Assembly: GCA_050250375.1 (NCBI GenBank)
Contig: JBFWOS010000002.1
Coordinates: 773,149 to 837,148, forward strand
Direction: 5' to 3'
Origin: Candidatus Omnitrophota bacterium
Lineage (GTDB): Bacteria; Omnitrophota; Gorgyraeia; Zapsychrales; Zapsychraceae
DNA: 64,000 nucleotides
This document shows, in pieces, positions 18,169-29,200 of this stretch. The position numbers and the translations under genes are program-made. Each line of letters opens with the position of its first letter. Position 1 is the first letter of the stretch. A model generated the notes under the pieces. That model worked only from the letters and a program-made list of their open reading frames with translations, made no database searches and was not told where the DNA came from.

Positions 18169-19908
18169 TTACACATTTATTTTCGATAAATGGTATAACC
18201 CGACAAAAAAATTCCGCGCATTGGTTCCCAGCGTCTTGGTCCGGTAACCGCCTTCCTGCACGATCAGGGTGGGCAGATTGCTGCCGGCGATCATTGACCC
18301 GAGTTTTTTAAAATCATCTTTGCGCAGGGCCCAGGTCCCGGTCGGGTCATCCTTGGCGGTGTCCAGGCCGAGGGCAACGATCAGGTAGGTGGGGTCGTAT
18401 TTTTTGATCAAGGTTAAGGCTTTGCCCAGATGAATAAAATATTGTTCCGGGGTCAGGGCCTCGGGCAACGGGATATTTACATTAAATCCTTTCCCCTCGC
18501 CTTCCCCCTGTTCATCGGCAAAACCGGTAAAATACGGATACGAATATTTCGGATCGCCGTGAAGTGAAACGGTAAACACATCCTTTCGGGTATAAAAGAT
18601 ATCCTGCTGGCTGTTGCCGTGATGATAATCCACATCCAGGATGGCCACTTTGCCGTATTCACTCAGCTTATGAGCCGCCAGGGCGGAATTGGCGAAATAA
18701 CAAAATCCGCCGAAACTATTACGTTCCGCGTGATGGCCGGGCGGCCGCACGAGCGCGTAGGCAAACCGTTTCCCGCCGAGAATTTCTTCGGCGGCCGAGA
18801 GCACACAATTGACCCCTGAGCGCGCGGCCAGGTACGCGTTGGTATTTAATGGCGTAAACGTGTCGATGCAATAATATCCGGCGCGGACCGGCATCTCAAC
18901 CGGTTTACGGGATTTGTTGCGGATCGGGAAAATATAAGGGTAAATGGATTTATTGTTCGGGATGGATTCGCAGGCCTTTTTCAGGAACGCGAGGTAATCT
19001 TTATCATGGACCGTCTGGAGCACTTTATCCGGATAAACGAGGGATGATTTTTTGACCATAAAGTCCAGTTTTTCCAGTTCCCGGATAATTACTTTCAGCC
19101 GGACCGGGCTTTCCACATATCCGCGGTCATGGATGTGATGGATTTCGTGGCCTTCATTGGCAATATAGATGATTTTTTCTTTCGGCGTCAGGGATTCATT
19201 AATCTCAGGGGCCACCTTTTTTTGATACTTGGCCGGACGCAGATAAATATTGGCTCCGTCAAAGGATCGCAAAATCGTCCGGATATATTCTTCCGAACAC
19301 AAAAAGGAATAATTCCGCCCGAGGATGGCCCGCACCGCCGCCTTGAAAAAAGCGGTATCCGGGAATTCATTCCCTAATAAATCCAGCATCAGATACGGCG
19401 GATTGTTTCCGCCCTTTTTTAATGGTGTCTCGTAGGCCGACCCCAGGACCGGGTACACGCCGAATTTTTCATAAAAGGCCAGCGTCCGCGCGTGTTTTTT
19501 CTGGTCTTCCTTTTTGGGGGCCAGGGCGGGATCATCCGGCAGGCATTCAAAAAGCAAAGCCTTCACATCGAGGCGTTTGGCCTCTTCGCGGATCCGTTCA
19601 TACAAAGCGCCGCCGACGCCACGGTTTGTCTGGGCCACCCCGGCGGCCATAAAATCCAGAAAACAAAAATTAACATCCGGGATGTACAACAGTAAGGCAA
19701 ACCCCAGGATCGCCCCCTGTCCTCTTTCCGCGATAAAAAGCCTGGTCTGGTACTGATATTTTAAAGGGTTATCAATTTTGTCCGGGAGGATCTGCAATTC
19801 TTTTTCATTCAAAAATGAAAATTGCGACCGCATGATCGTCTGTACTTGAGCGATCAAATTCTTGTTGGCGGTGGTCGATGTATCCAGAATACGGCGGATG
19901 TGGAACAT
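18169..19908 (-). CDS. GNAT acetyltransferase-like domain fused to a Zn-dependent deacetylase (HDAC/acetylpolyamine amidohydrolase family)
   Basis: N-terminal GNAT motif A (FLDFMAAGVAQTNRGVGGALYERIR); C-terminal RPPGHHA, GFCYF, DVDYHHGN, GLDT...D, QEGGY. ATG at 19908 behind GAGG. Confidence 0.88.
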   Translation of the reverse strand: MFHIRRILDTSTTANKNLIAQVQTIMRSQFSFLNEKELQILPDKIDNPLKYQYQTRLFIAERGQGAILGFALLLYIPDVNFCFLDFMAAGVAQTNRGVGGALYERIREEAKRLDVKALLFECLPDDPALAPKKEDQKKHARTLAFYEKFGVYPVLGSAYETPLKKGGNNPPYLMLDLLGNEFPDTAFFKAAVRAILGRNYSFLCSEEYIRTILRSFDGANIYLRPAKYQKKVAPEINESLTPKEKIIYIANEGHEIHHIHDRGYVESPVRLKVIIRELEKLDFMVKKSSLVYPDKVLQTVHDKDYLAFLKKACESIPNNKSIYPYIFPIRNKSRKPVEMPVRAGYYCIDTFTPLNTNAYLAARSGVNCVLSAAEEILGGKRFAYALVRPPGHHAERNSFGGFCYFANSALAAHKLSEYGKVAILDVDYHHGNSQQDIFYTRKDVFTVSLHGDPKYSYPYFTGFADEQGEGEGKGFNVNIPLPEALTPEQYFIHLGKALTLIKKYDPTYLIVALGLDTAKDDPTGTWALRKDDFKKLGSMIAGSNLPTLIVQEGGYRTKTLGTNARNFFVGLYHLSKINV

Positions 19909-19930
19909 AACTGAGGACCTCAAAATGTTT

Positions 19931-19965
19931 AAGCAGAGACCAGATGCCGATCCTGGTCTCTGCTT
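19931..19965. terminator. Stem-loop between the DUF1579 and deacetylase genes
   Basis: AAGCAGAGACCAG / CTGGTCTCTGCTT 13-bp inverted repeat. Confidence 0.65.
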
Positions 19966-19985
19966 TTAGTAAACCTTACCCGCGT

Positions 19986-20612
19986 TTATTCAGCACGGGT
20001 ATAAGTAATCTTCATCGATTTGAATTCGTTACCGGCCGGGTCTTTCATATAAGTCTCGTAGGTATAATGGTCTGCATCGGTAAAGGTCGTCACTGCCCTG
20101 TATGAACGATGGGTTTCGTCAGTAATCGGACAAGACATGCTGCCTTCTTCGTTAAAGACTTTTGTAACAGAGTCATATTGGGACGCGCTGACCATAATAC
20201 CCGTGGCAAAATTGTCAAACCATATCCCGGTATATTCTTTACGGAGATTATCGTACCCGTAAATCCCGCGTCCTTCAAACGGCTGGCCCATCATGTCGCC
20301 GCTGAATCTTTGTTCAAGGAAGCGTCCGCCCATGATGAGCGTCCCTTCGCTGGTACCGTCGGATTCCATGGGTTCACCGGCAGGATCCATCCAATACTGG
20401 ACATGCGTATTCCATGTGCCGGTCAGGGCTTTTAAGACATCATGGTTTTCGTTAACCATCGTATATTCCGTCATCTTTTTCTGCATGGCCATTTCTTCTT
20501 CGGACATTTCTCCTCCGGCGGCCATCGGGTCCATATCTTCAGCAAATCCGGGCGCGGCACTAATCGAGATGATCAGGCTGAGGACAAACATTCTGAAAAA
20601 CACTGCGTTCAT
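19986..20612 (-). CDS. DUF1579 family secreted protein
   Basis: H..L..L.GTW...IMGGRFLEQ...MGQPFEGRGIYGYDN...WFDN. Confidence 0.9.
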   Translation of the reverse strand: MNAVFFRMFVLSLIISISAAPGFAEDMDPMAAGGEMSEEEMAMQKKMTEYTMVNENHDVLKALTGTWNTHVQYWMDPAGEPMESDGTSEGTLIMGGRFLEQRFSGDMMGQPFEGRGIYGYDNLRKEYTGIWFDNFATGIMVSASQYDSVTKVFNEEGSMSCPITDETHRSYRAVTTFTDADHYTYETYMKDPAGNEFKSMKITYTRAE

Positions 20613-20680
20613 TTCTTACTCCTTTTATTGATTGGTTGATTGGTAACAGATGGAACGAAGATGTGTCCTGACGTTCCTTC

Positions 20681-21184
20681 TTAACCCTTTTTTTGTTCTT
20701 CACACCACGTGACAACGGTTTCCCGGACGGACTTGAAGTGGTCGCCCGAAAAATAAATTCCCCAGGTGGAATGGACAAAATGATCATGGTCGGATTTGTC
20801 AATAAAGCAGGTCCCCATCATTGAATTGAGGGAAAAACCCGCTTCGGCAACGGCCTTGCCGCCGTCATCCTTGAGGATCTGGAACAGCGTGTGTTCACAC
20901 AGCACAACAAAACAGATCTCGAGTTCTTTCCACAAAAAGGCGCTGCCGTATTTGTTGAGCAGATTATTGCGGACCTTGCCGAAAAAAGATTTCGCGAAAA
21001 AGTTGTCTTTCACACCGACCGGGACATTTAAGACCGCGCATAAATTGCGCACCCGGAGCGGGTGAGGGTTTTTGACATACGCAATATAGAGAACATCCTG
21101 AAGGATATTTTCATCGGACACCACATATTTGTATTGGTCAAGACAGGTTGTCAGCCGTTCCGTGAGTGTGGAGAAATCAGACAT
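20681..21184 (-). CDS. Hypothetical protein
   Basis: 167-aa ORF with protein-like composition; no family recognised. Confidence 0.65.
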   Translation of the reverse strand: MSDFSTLTERLTTCLDQYKYVVSDENILQDVLYIAYVKNPHPLRVRNLCAVLNVPVGVKDNFFAKSFFGKVRNNLLNKYGSAFLWKELEICFVVLCEHTLFQILKDDGGKAVAEAGFSLNSMMGTCFIDKSDHDHFVHSTWGIYFSGDHFKSVRETVVTWCEEQKKG

Positions 21185-21303
21185 TCGTAACCAGGCCGCC
21201 TTCCGGACCGCGCGGGCATGTCCCGTATTTTTTGTAACCGGTTAAAACTATTTTATTTACCAGAAACTTTGTCATTTGGTCCTTCGTCAATCCTTTTGCG
21301 TCC

Positions 21304-21329
21304 GAAAACACCACGCGCGTGGTGTTTTC
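21304..21329. repeat. Perfect 26-bp palindrome
   Basis: GAAAACACCACGCGCGTGGTGTTTTC equals its own reverse complement. Confidence 0.9.
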
Positions 21330-21425
21330 AAATAGATAACATTCTTTATACACTCAAATGGGCAGAAAATCAAAGGATATTCGCTGTATCAACAGCCCTT
21401 TTGCGCGGATGAACCCGGGTATTTG

Positions 21426-23129
21426 TTACGAAGCCGTGACCTCGGGTACAGCCGGTATCTTTTTTTTCCAGTGAAAAATATCCCGGATAAAAATAACGGC
21501 GACCGCCACCAGGAGCAGTGCGATGCTCTTGTCCGCGACCTCCACCGCCATCTTTTCCGCGATCGAGGCGACGTCTGTGTTTCCGGTCAGGTTGACAAAA
21601 AAATGATAGACCTTCATGGTTCCCTGATAAATGGGCAAACCCGCCATAAAGGTGATAAAAGCGACCACAATGGAATTAAGGGTTCCGGACACAAACCCGG
21701 CCCACAAAAGTTTAAGCGGTTTGTGAAGGTCGATGAACCCCCATCTTAAAAAAAGCCAGGTCATGACGGCGATAAAAATGCTGCAGAACATCCACACCCA
21801 GTACGACGGTTCCCAAAATGTCCAGGACATAATCAGATTGTAAATGATGCCGGTCAGGATCCCGGCCCGCAAACCTCCAAGCACAACGGCCAGCGAGGTC
21901 CCCAAGGTATCCATAAAAAACGGCCAGCCCAGGACCGTCATCAGGACCGAACCAGAATAGTTCAGCATGGACATGGCAATGATCAGCAACCCCGTCCTCT
22001 GCCGGAAATAATTTTCCGCCAGTTCCTGGGCCCAGAATTCCGTTTTTAATTTCGGCGGTTCCATGTTATCGAACAGCCCTCCGTCATCCGGGGTGTTGGC
22101 GCTCACCAGTTTGCCGATGAGGGCGGATACATACATAACTCCGATGATCACCTGCACGATGACAATCGCGCGCGACAAAGATGACACTGCGGTAAAACCG
22201 CTGAACCCGGTGGAACTCATGGAAACAAAACTGAAATAAAAAAATGCAGTCATTTTCGGTGACGTCTCGCCTTCCGGCATGGAGATTGATCCGGGCGCGA
22301 ACGCCTCGAGCAGCGCGTAGATCACGCCGAACGTCATCCCGATCATTATATAGACGCTGATGGCGCCGAACAGTTCATTGATCTTGACCTTTTTGACGGC
22401 CAGGACATGCATAAGGATCATGGATAACGTGTAAATAAGAAATATAACCAGAAAGACCATCTCCGCCACCATGATCTGCTGGTCCTGGATAAACATGTTG
22501 CTCCAGGCCGTGACCAAAGTCGGGATCACCAGGAGCACCCCTCCGGCCACGTGCCGGATGTTATAACTGACGGCGTAGATCCCGGACAGCAGGACAAACG
22601 AAAAAAACAGGAGATAAATGACGGCCGTCGAATTGGCCTCGAAGAAAGGAAGAGCGACAATAAAGACGATCAAGGCTGTCAGTAAAGACAGGCATTTATT
22701 GTTCTTAAGCGTTTCGGCCATCCGTGGAAAATAGGCGGACTTAACTTCTTTCTGGTCAAAGGCGGTCACCGCCTCCTGTTCGGAACCAAAGACTTTCAAT
22801 TTTTCCTGTTCATGAAAGATATCAAAGTAAGCTTTCAAACTTTCCGGCGGATTGATCAGGCCGATCTTCTGGTCTTTCTGCTGCATTTCCATCAGTAGGA
22901 CGGCGACTGTTGAACTGTCAATTTCCCGCACGTTTTTCCCATCCAGGATGAGATGTTTTTTCGGCAGTCCGGCCTTTTGCATTTTTTCCCTGAATTCCAG
23001 GATTTGAGGAAGGGTCGCATGGTTGATATCCCCCCGGAATTTCAGGATCCGGGCGTAATCCAGTTCAATCCATCCGTCCAGATGGGACGGGTAAGGAATA
23101 TTGTGGTATTTAAGAAAATCGTGGATCAT
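21426..23129 (-). CDS. Three-domain membrane protein: STAS + Ion_trans_2-like channel + ECF S-component-like domain
   Basis: STAS: ILKFRGDIN...LILDGKNVREIDSSTVAVL. Pore region: GAISVYIMIG...FFYFSFVSMSSTGFSG. S-component: PFFMDTLGT.LAVVLGG..AGILTG...EVADK. Confidence 0.8.
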   Translation of the reverse strand: MIHDFLKYHNIPYPSHLDGWIELDYARILKFRGDINHATLPQILEFREKMQKAGLPKKHLILDGKNVREIDSSTVAVLLMEMQQKDQKIGLINPPESLKAYFDIFHEQEKLKVFGSEQEAVTAFDQKEVKSAYFPRMAETLKNNKCLSLLTALIVFIVALPFFEANSTAVIYLLFFSFVLLSGIYAVSYNIRHVAGGVLLVIPTLVTAWSNMFIQDQQIMVAEMVFLVIFLIYTLSMILMHVLAVKKVKINELFGAISVYIMIGMTFGVIYALLEAFAPGSISMPEGETSPKMTAFFYFSFVSMSSTGFSGFTAVSSLSRAIVIVQVIIGVMYVSALIGKLVSANTPDDGGLFDNMEPPKLKTEFWAQELAENYFRQRTGLLIIAMSMLNYSGSVLMTVLGWPFFMDTLGTSLAVVLGGLRAGILTGIIYNLIMSWTFWEPSYWVWMFCSIFIAVMTWLFLRWGFIDLHKPLKLLWAGFVSGTLNSIVVAFITFMAGLPIYQGTMKVYHFFVNLTGNTDVASIAEKMAVEVADKSIALLLVAVAVIFIRDIFHWKKKIPAVPEVTAS

Positions 23130-23189
23130 AGGGTTTAAAACAACCGCATCCCAGGAATGCGTAAGTTATTTTAACAAGATTAATTAGGA

Positions 23190-23218
23190 ATTATACTCTT
23201 ACGCGGGATGAAAAGCAA
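23190..23218 (-). promoter_or_regulatory. Sigma70 promoter of the STAS-channel gene
   Basis: TTGCTT-N17-TATAAT. Confidence 0.6.
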
Positions 23219-23276
23219 TCATTAGACAACGTGCTGCTGTTGTGTGCGAAAAATAAAAAACTCCTGATTTAGCCGG

Positions 23277-26200
23277 TTAATCAACAATCATGACGGCACC
23301 CATAAGAGGTCCGAAGACCCAGTGCGGCGGGGCTTCCTCGGAGTCGGTGTTACCGGAATTAATCGAAGAAAAAGATTTGATATTATTGCTGGAGGTCTGC
23401 GAGTCCTGGACATCCAGGAAATAAGTTGATTGTATCCCGGAGACAACGTCAAACGTAAACCGGGTCCCGGCCATCGATGACCTTAAATACAACGGAATGA
23501 CATCGCTGAACCCTTGAAGATTCAGAGTGTTGTTTATTGTGACGGTTGAACTCTTTCCAAACGACAATGTTCTGGAAGGTCCCGATGAAAGTTGTTTGGA
23601 GAAATCATAAAATGTTTCTGAAGAATTCACGTTTTGGTCTGCACCATCCATCACTACATTTCCCGAATGCGGATCAAAGATCCCCCCATTATTATTCCAG
23701 TCCCCGGATACAGTGATCGGCTCGTTTGCGCCCGTATCCAGTTCCCCCGCGTTTAGAAATAATGTGCCGTTAATATCTAAAGCATCCTGGATTGTGTAAA
23801 TTGCCAGTGCCGTGGAGGGTTGTTCACCGTTCGCCAGGCGCTGGATTTCAGGAACACTGAGCACACGATTGTAAATCCGGAAATCATCAATCAAGCCGTC
23901 CCAGCCGGCTGCCGCATCTTTGCCCCCCTGTCCGATCCGTAGTTCAGTCGCCCCGGTCATTGTCCCGGACAAAGCCGCATCAGAATAAGTCGGCGTATCA
24001 AGATTTCCGTCTATATACAGCCGGATCGGGTTCCCGCTGCTCCAGGTCAAAGCCAGATGCTGCCAGTTGGTCGTCTGGACAAAACTGGCGCTTTCGTATT
24101 GGCGATTGACGCCGCTGACCTGTAAACCGCATTTAATGACATTTGTTCCGCCGCCGCTTGCGCCGGATAAATCATAACGAAGTGTAAAAATATTGTCTCC
24201 CCCGTTGGGTGGTTCACCGTTGAAGAACCCGTCGTCCACTCCGGTCGCGTCTGCTTTTACCCACAATGATACGGTAAATTCTGACAAACCATTGATATAA
24301 TTTTCTGCGTCGCTATCAATAATGTAATCCGTGGTCCCGTCAAATTGAAGGCTGGCCGGGTTATCAAAGTGGATCATCGCAGATGTCCCTGTATTGGGCG
24401 TTGTATTATTGACATAAATCATATCCCTTTGGAATCCGCTGCTGCCGTAAGCGGTCGTCCCGGTTGTTTCATCCATTTTCCAGTACGCGATCAGGCCGTC
24501 GTTGATGATCAGATGATGGAATGAACTCGTCCCCGATGTAATTGTCTGCGGATTCGTGGAAATAAATAAGACCGTCGAATCGGCGTTGGTAAATGTACCG
24601 CCGGTCATATCCCAGGAACCATCGACGATGATGGTTGAATTGCCGGCCGTCCCGGCGGTCGCATCCAGTGTGGAATCCAAATCAACGAGTCCGTTGATGG
24701 TCAAGTCATATCCATCGGTCTGAAATACACCGGCTAAAACCTCGAAATCACTGCCGAGGATCTCATCAGCCCCCATCATAAATGTTCCCCCCAAACCGTT
24801 AATGCGCAAGAACTGATACGTCCAGTCCTGAATGACGTGTGTGCCGGATGTCGCGGTATACTCGGCTCCGGAACCCGGATTAAAGACAGGTCCCGAATCC
24901 AGGGTAATGGTCTGGCTCCCGGCCAGCTGCAGAAGACCGTCCACCGTGATCGTTGACCCGGCATTGGTGGTAAAATCATACACGCCCCAGTCAAAGGTCG
25001 CCCCCGCGTCGATCGTGATCGTCCCATCGACAACCAGTCCGCTGGCCAGGATCACTTCGGCGGATGTATTGGAAATCTGTAAATCCCCGATCGATCCTCC
25101 GCCGGAGGTCAGCGTTTGGGTGACCGTGCCATCGGCGATCAGGAGAATGTCGTCTTCAATACTGCCGGCCCCGGATTTGTTGATGTCTCCGGAAACCGTG
25201 ATGGTGTGAATCTCGGTCCCGTCGGCCAGAAGATCGCTCCCTGAAGCATTACTCATGGACAGGTCCTGCTGGACGAGCAGGTCATCACTGACATGGATGT
25301 CATTGGCCGAAGTGCCGGCAAACCCTAAATTATAAAAGGTTGTCGGTCCGGTTATTGTAACCGGGTTGGCGGTGCTGTTAAACGTAACCGTCCCGTTGCG
25401 CGCGATAAATGTGTCTGCGTTGATCCAATTCCCGAATATAAAAGATGAATAATTATTCGTCGCATGGGAATCGAGCGTGCCATCCAGTAACGAAAGCGTC
25501 CCTCCTACGGTAAAGGTCCCGCCCAGTTCAATTGTATAATCCGCCCCGCCGTCCGCGTCATCAATCACAACATTATAAAAGGTGGACGATCCTAACGCGA
25601 CGGTCACTGTACCGGCTGTCCCGTCAAACGTAACGGTCGAAGTGCCGGGATCAAATGTCCCCAAACTGCTGGCGATCCAGTCACCGCTTACTGTCATGAG
25701 AACCTGGTTAGTTCCCGCATCCAACTCACCATCCGAAATATTAATGTTTCCGTTTATATCCTGGTCATATTGAAGAATAACATTGTCACTGCCCGGAACA
25801 CCGGTATTAAAAACAGCAAAGTTTTCAAACGGCTGGTTCAGATTATCGACCATCTGGTCTGAAGTTCCGTTAAAGGTTACGGTACTGCCGGTTTCATTAA
25901 ATGTACCGCTGCTTGAATTCCAATCCCCGGAAACAGTCATCGTTCCGGTCAATGTTAAGGTTCCGCCCAGATTAAAATGGTGGGTGACAATTCCTTCCGG
26001 AGAAACGGTAATGACGGAATTATTAGGAAGAATATTAAGCTCTTCATCGGTATAAGAACCGTCGGCATCGGCGATTAAGACGGTCCCGGACGTCACAAGA
26101 TACATAACGTCTTCGTCATCCGTGTTGTCATAGTGACCGATTTCAGTCAGAGTGAACGTCTGGTTGTCATCACTGCCGATGGTCAGGACATGCCGGTCAA

Positions 26201-29200
26201 GCACGACACCGCTGATATTCCCGGAGCCGTCATATTTGGTGACGCCTGAAGATTCATCGGCGGCAATGATATCTCCGTCTCCGTCTTCGGCCCACATGGT
26301 CAGACGATCACCGATTAAAATCGGAGCGTTATTAATCGTCCAGGCTCCGCTGGAAACGACGCCGGTCATGCCGACACATAAATTACCGTTGACCGCCAGA
26401 GCCACGATGGTGTTGTCGACCAGGTCAGACGTGCCCGATATATCAACCGTGGCGGCAGTATAACTGATGACCAGACGGCCGTTATTCCCGGCTGTCCCGG
26501 CGCCTGATGTAGCGCCGCCGGTTCCCCCTTGCCCCGCATTGCCGGCGTAATCCGTGTCGGTGTTATTCCCGGCGGCAGTACCGCTGCCGTCGGAGGTCGA
26601 GGTGGCCGTTCCGGAGACAAAAGATGAACCCCCTCCACCACCGCCGCCGCCGGCATTGCCCGCCTGCGACCCGCTGCCTCCGCCTCCACCGTAATAGCCG
26701 GACCCTCCTCCTCCTCCCGCACCGTAACCGCTGGCGTTGGCATCACCGGTCCCGCCGTCTCCGCCGTTGGTGGTCCCGCCGTTTCCGGCGGAACCGTCAG
26801 CGCCTTGTCCGGAACGTCCGTCCGCTCCTGCGCCGCCTGTATCCGCCGCGCCGGCTGAACCGCTGTTATTGCCGCCTGTTCCTCCGCTGCCTCCGGAGGA
26901 TTGGTCTGCTCCGCCGCCCCCTCCGGCATTGCCTGACGCGCTGCCGTTGACACCTGTTGTTCCGCCACCCGGACCGCCGGCTCCACCCGGGGTGGCTGAC
27001 GAATTGTCACCACCACCACCACCTCCTCCTCCAGCGGAGATAAGTAAAGGTGTGGATGCGCGAAAGACCGCTGTCCGCCCCCCTCCACCCGCGCCGTCCC
27101 CCGAAGCGTTTCCTGAACCGCCGGAACTGAATGCTCCTGCCCCGCCGGAGCCGCCGACATGGATATCTAATGTTTCCATGGGAGTAACCGCCAGGGTTGC
27201 CGTCGCAAAGGCCGCTCCGCTTCCGTCTCCACCGGTACCTACCGTCCCTCCACCCCCGCCGCCTCCGCCTCCGCCCCAGGCTTTAACGGTGATCTCCGTG
27301 ACACCTTTGGGCACCACAAACGTATCCGATCCGGCGACCGTAAAAACTTGTGTTCCAAAACCATCCGGTAGTGGAAAAATCCAGAATGGAGAAGCCGTTA
27401 AATCGTCATTTCCTCCGTCATTCACGGAGTTTCTTGCCGTGATGTCATTGTTCAAGGCGTTGGAGTTGGCCACTTTGACAAATTCAACAATCTGGTCCCC
27501 GCCCGTTACACTCAAGCTGAACTGTGTTGACCCGTCGATGCTGTCAAGTTCGACTTCATTATTGATTTCACCGACCAGATTCAGGCTTCCCGTTACGGTA
27601 AAGGTGGTCGATTGTTGAAACTCCATTTTGGCTGAAAGGGTGGTACTGACCAGGTCCGCCGTTGTGAACGATTCGGTAAATTGCACCCCGAACGCGGATG
27701 AATTCGTTACTTCGATAATATTATATGTTTCTGAATTGCTGGCGACCGTTTGTAATCCTGTCCCGTCAAATTCAACCGTTGAGCTGGTTACCGTAAACGT
27801 ATCAAGGTTGGCCAGGTCAAGATCACCCCCCAGAAAAACAGTGTCGTTACTGATGTTGAACGTCGTGGCCCCGCCGTTATTGACCGTAAGACTTCCGTTG
27901 ATATCCAGATCGTCCGCTGTGCTGAGAACTCCGCCGGTAACGGACGATCCGATTTGGATATTGTTAAACGCTCCGCCTGAACTGGTCAGCGATGATGTTC
28001 CGTCAAACACAACGGTCGAATTCGTATTGATAAAATTCCCCCCGGTCATATCCCAATCCCCGGACACATTAAGGGTGGAATTCCCATCGGCGCCGCTCTG
28101 CGCGTCCAATGTTCCGTTCAAGGTCAACCCGCCGTTGATGTCAACTTCATATCCGCCTGTGATTAGATTGTCACCTGTATCAATCGTCAAGGTGTTGCTT
28201 AAGAAGTCCGAGGACAAGTTTACGGCGTTATTGGGGGAACGGCTGATCAGAACATTCCCCAAATTTGTCCCGCCGTCCACGTTTAAATCCAGAATCCCGT
28301 CCAGCAGTACCGTTCCGGCGCCGGCTGTGAATGTACCGCCGGTCTTGATGATATTGCCGGCGATATTAATATCGGTGTTATTGGCGCCCAGATTGATCGT
28401 TCCGTCGTTCATGTTTAACGGCCCGTCAATGTCGATCAGGATTGAGGAGTTGGGGGTAATCGTTCCGGTGTATCCGGATTCGATCAGGATACCTCCGACA
28501 TTAAACGCGGCGTTGACAGTCGCGTTATTTGTACAGCTGTTGGAAAAAACGACATTATGGGTTGTATTCGGGACAGAGGCCCCACCGCCGACACCGCAGG
28601 AATTTTCAGAAGCCGACCAGTTGGCCGCAGAATTTGTATTCCCTCCGGCCGAACCGACCCAATACCGGTTGACGGCAAAGATCCAATGCGGTGAGGCTTC
28701 GGCGTTATCGTTCCCGCCGTTATTGTTCGAAGACAAGGCCGTAATATCGTTTGAAGAAGCTTGTGAATCCATGATATTTAAAAAACTGACCGTTTGGCTG
28801 GATCCGGTCACATCAAACGTGAACCTTACTCCAGAAGAATTGCTTTGAAGGACCAGACGGTCATCGTCATCCAGCCCCGTCAGATTTAAAGTATTGGTGA
28901 TGGTCTGGGTTGAGGAGGCGGCAATGGTCAGAGTGGTGTTTGAACTGTTGTCGGTGGATTCAATCTTGGTCAGATTGCGGAAGGTAGTTGATCCCGTAAT
29001 ACTCTGGTTATCGCCATCGAGGATGACCGTTGATACGCCGGATCCCGCAGCCAGGGAACCCGAAGCGCCCATCAGCCAGTTTCCCGCGAGATTTATGTTG
29101 ACGTTATTGGTTCCCGAATCAAGATTACCGTCTGTAATCGTCAGCGTTCCGTTGATGTCCAGGGCATCAGACAAAATAATGTCATCATTTCCGGATGACC

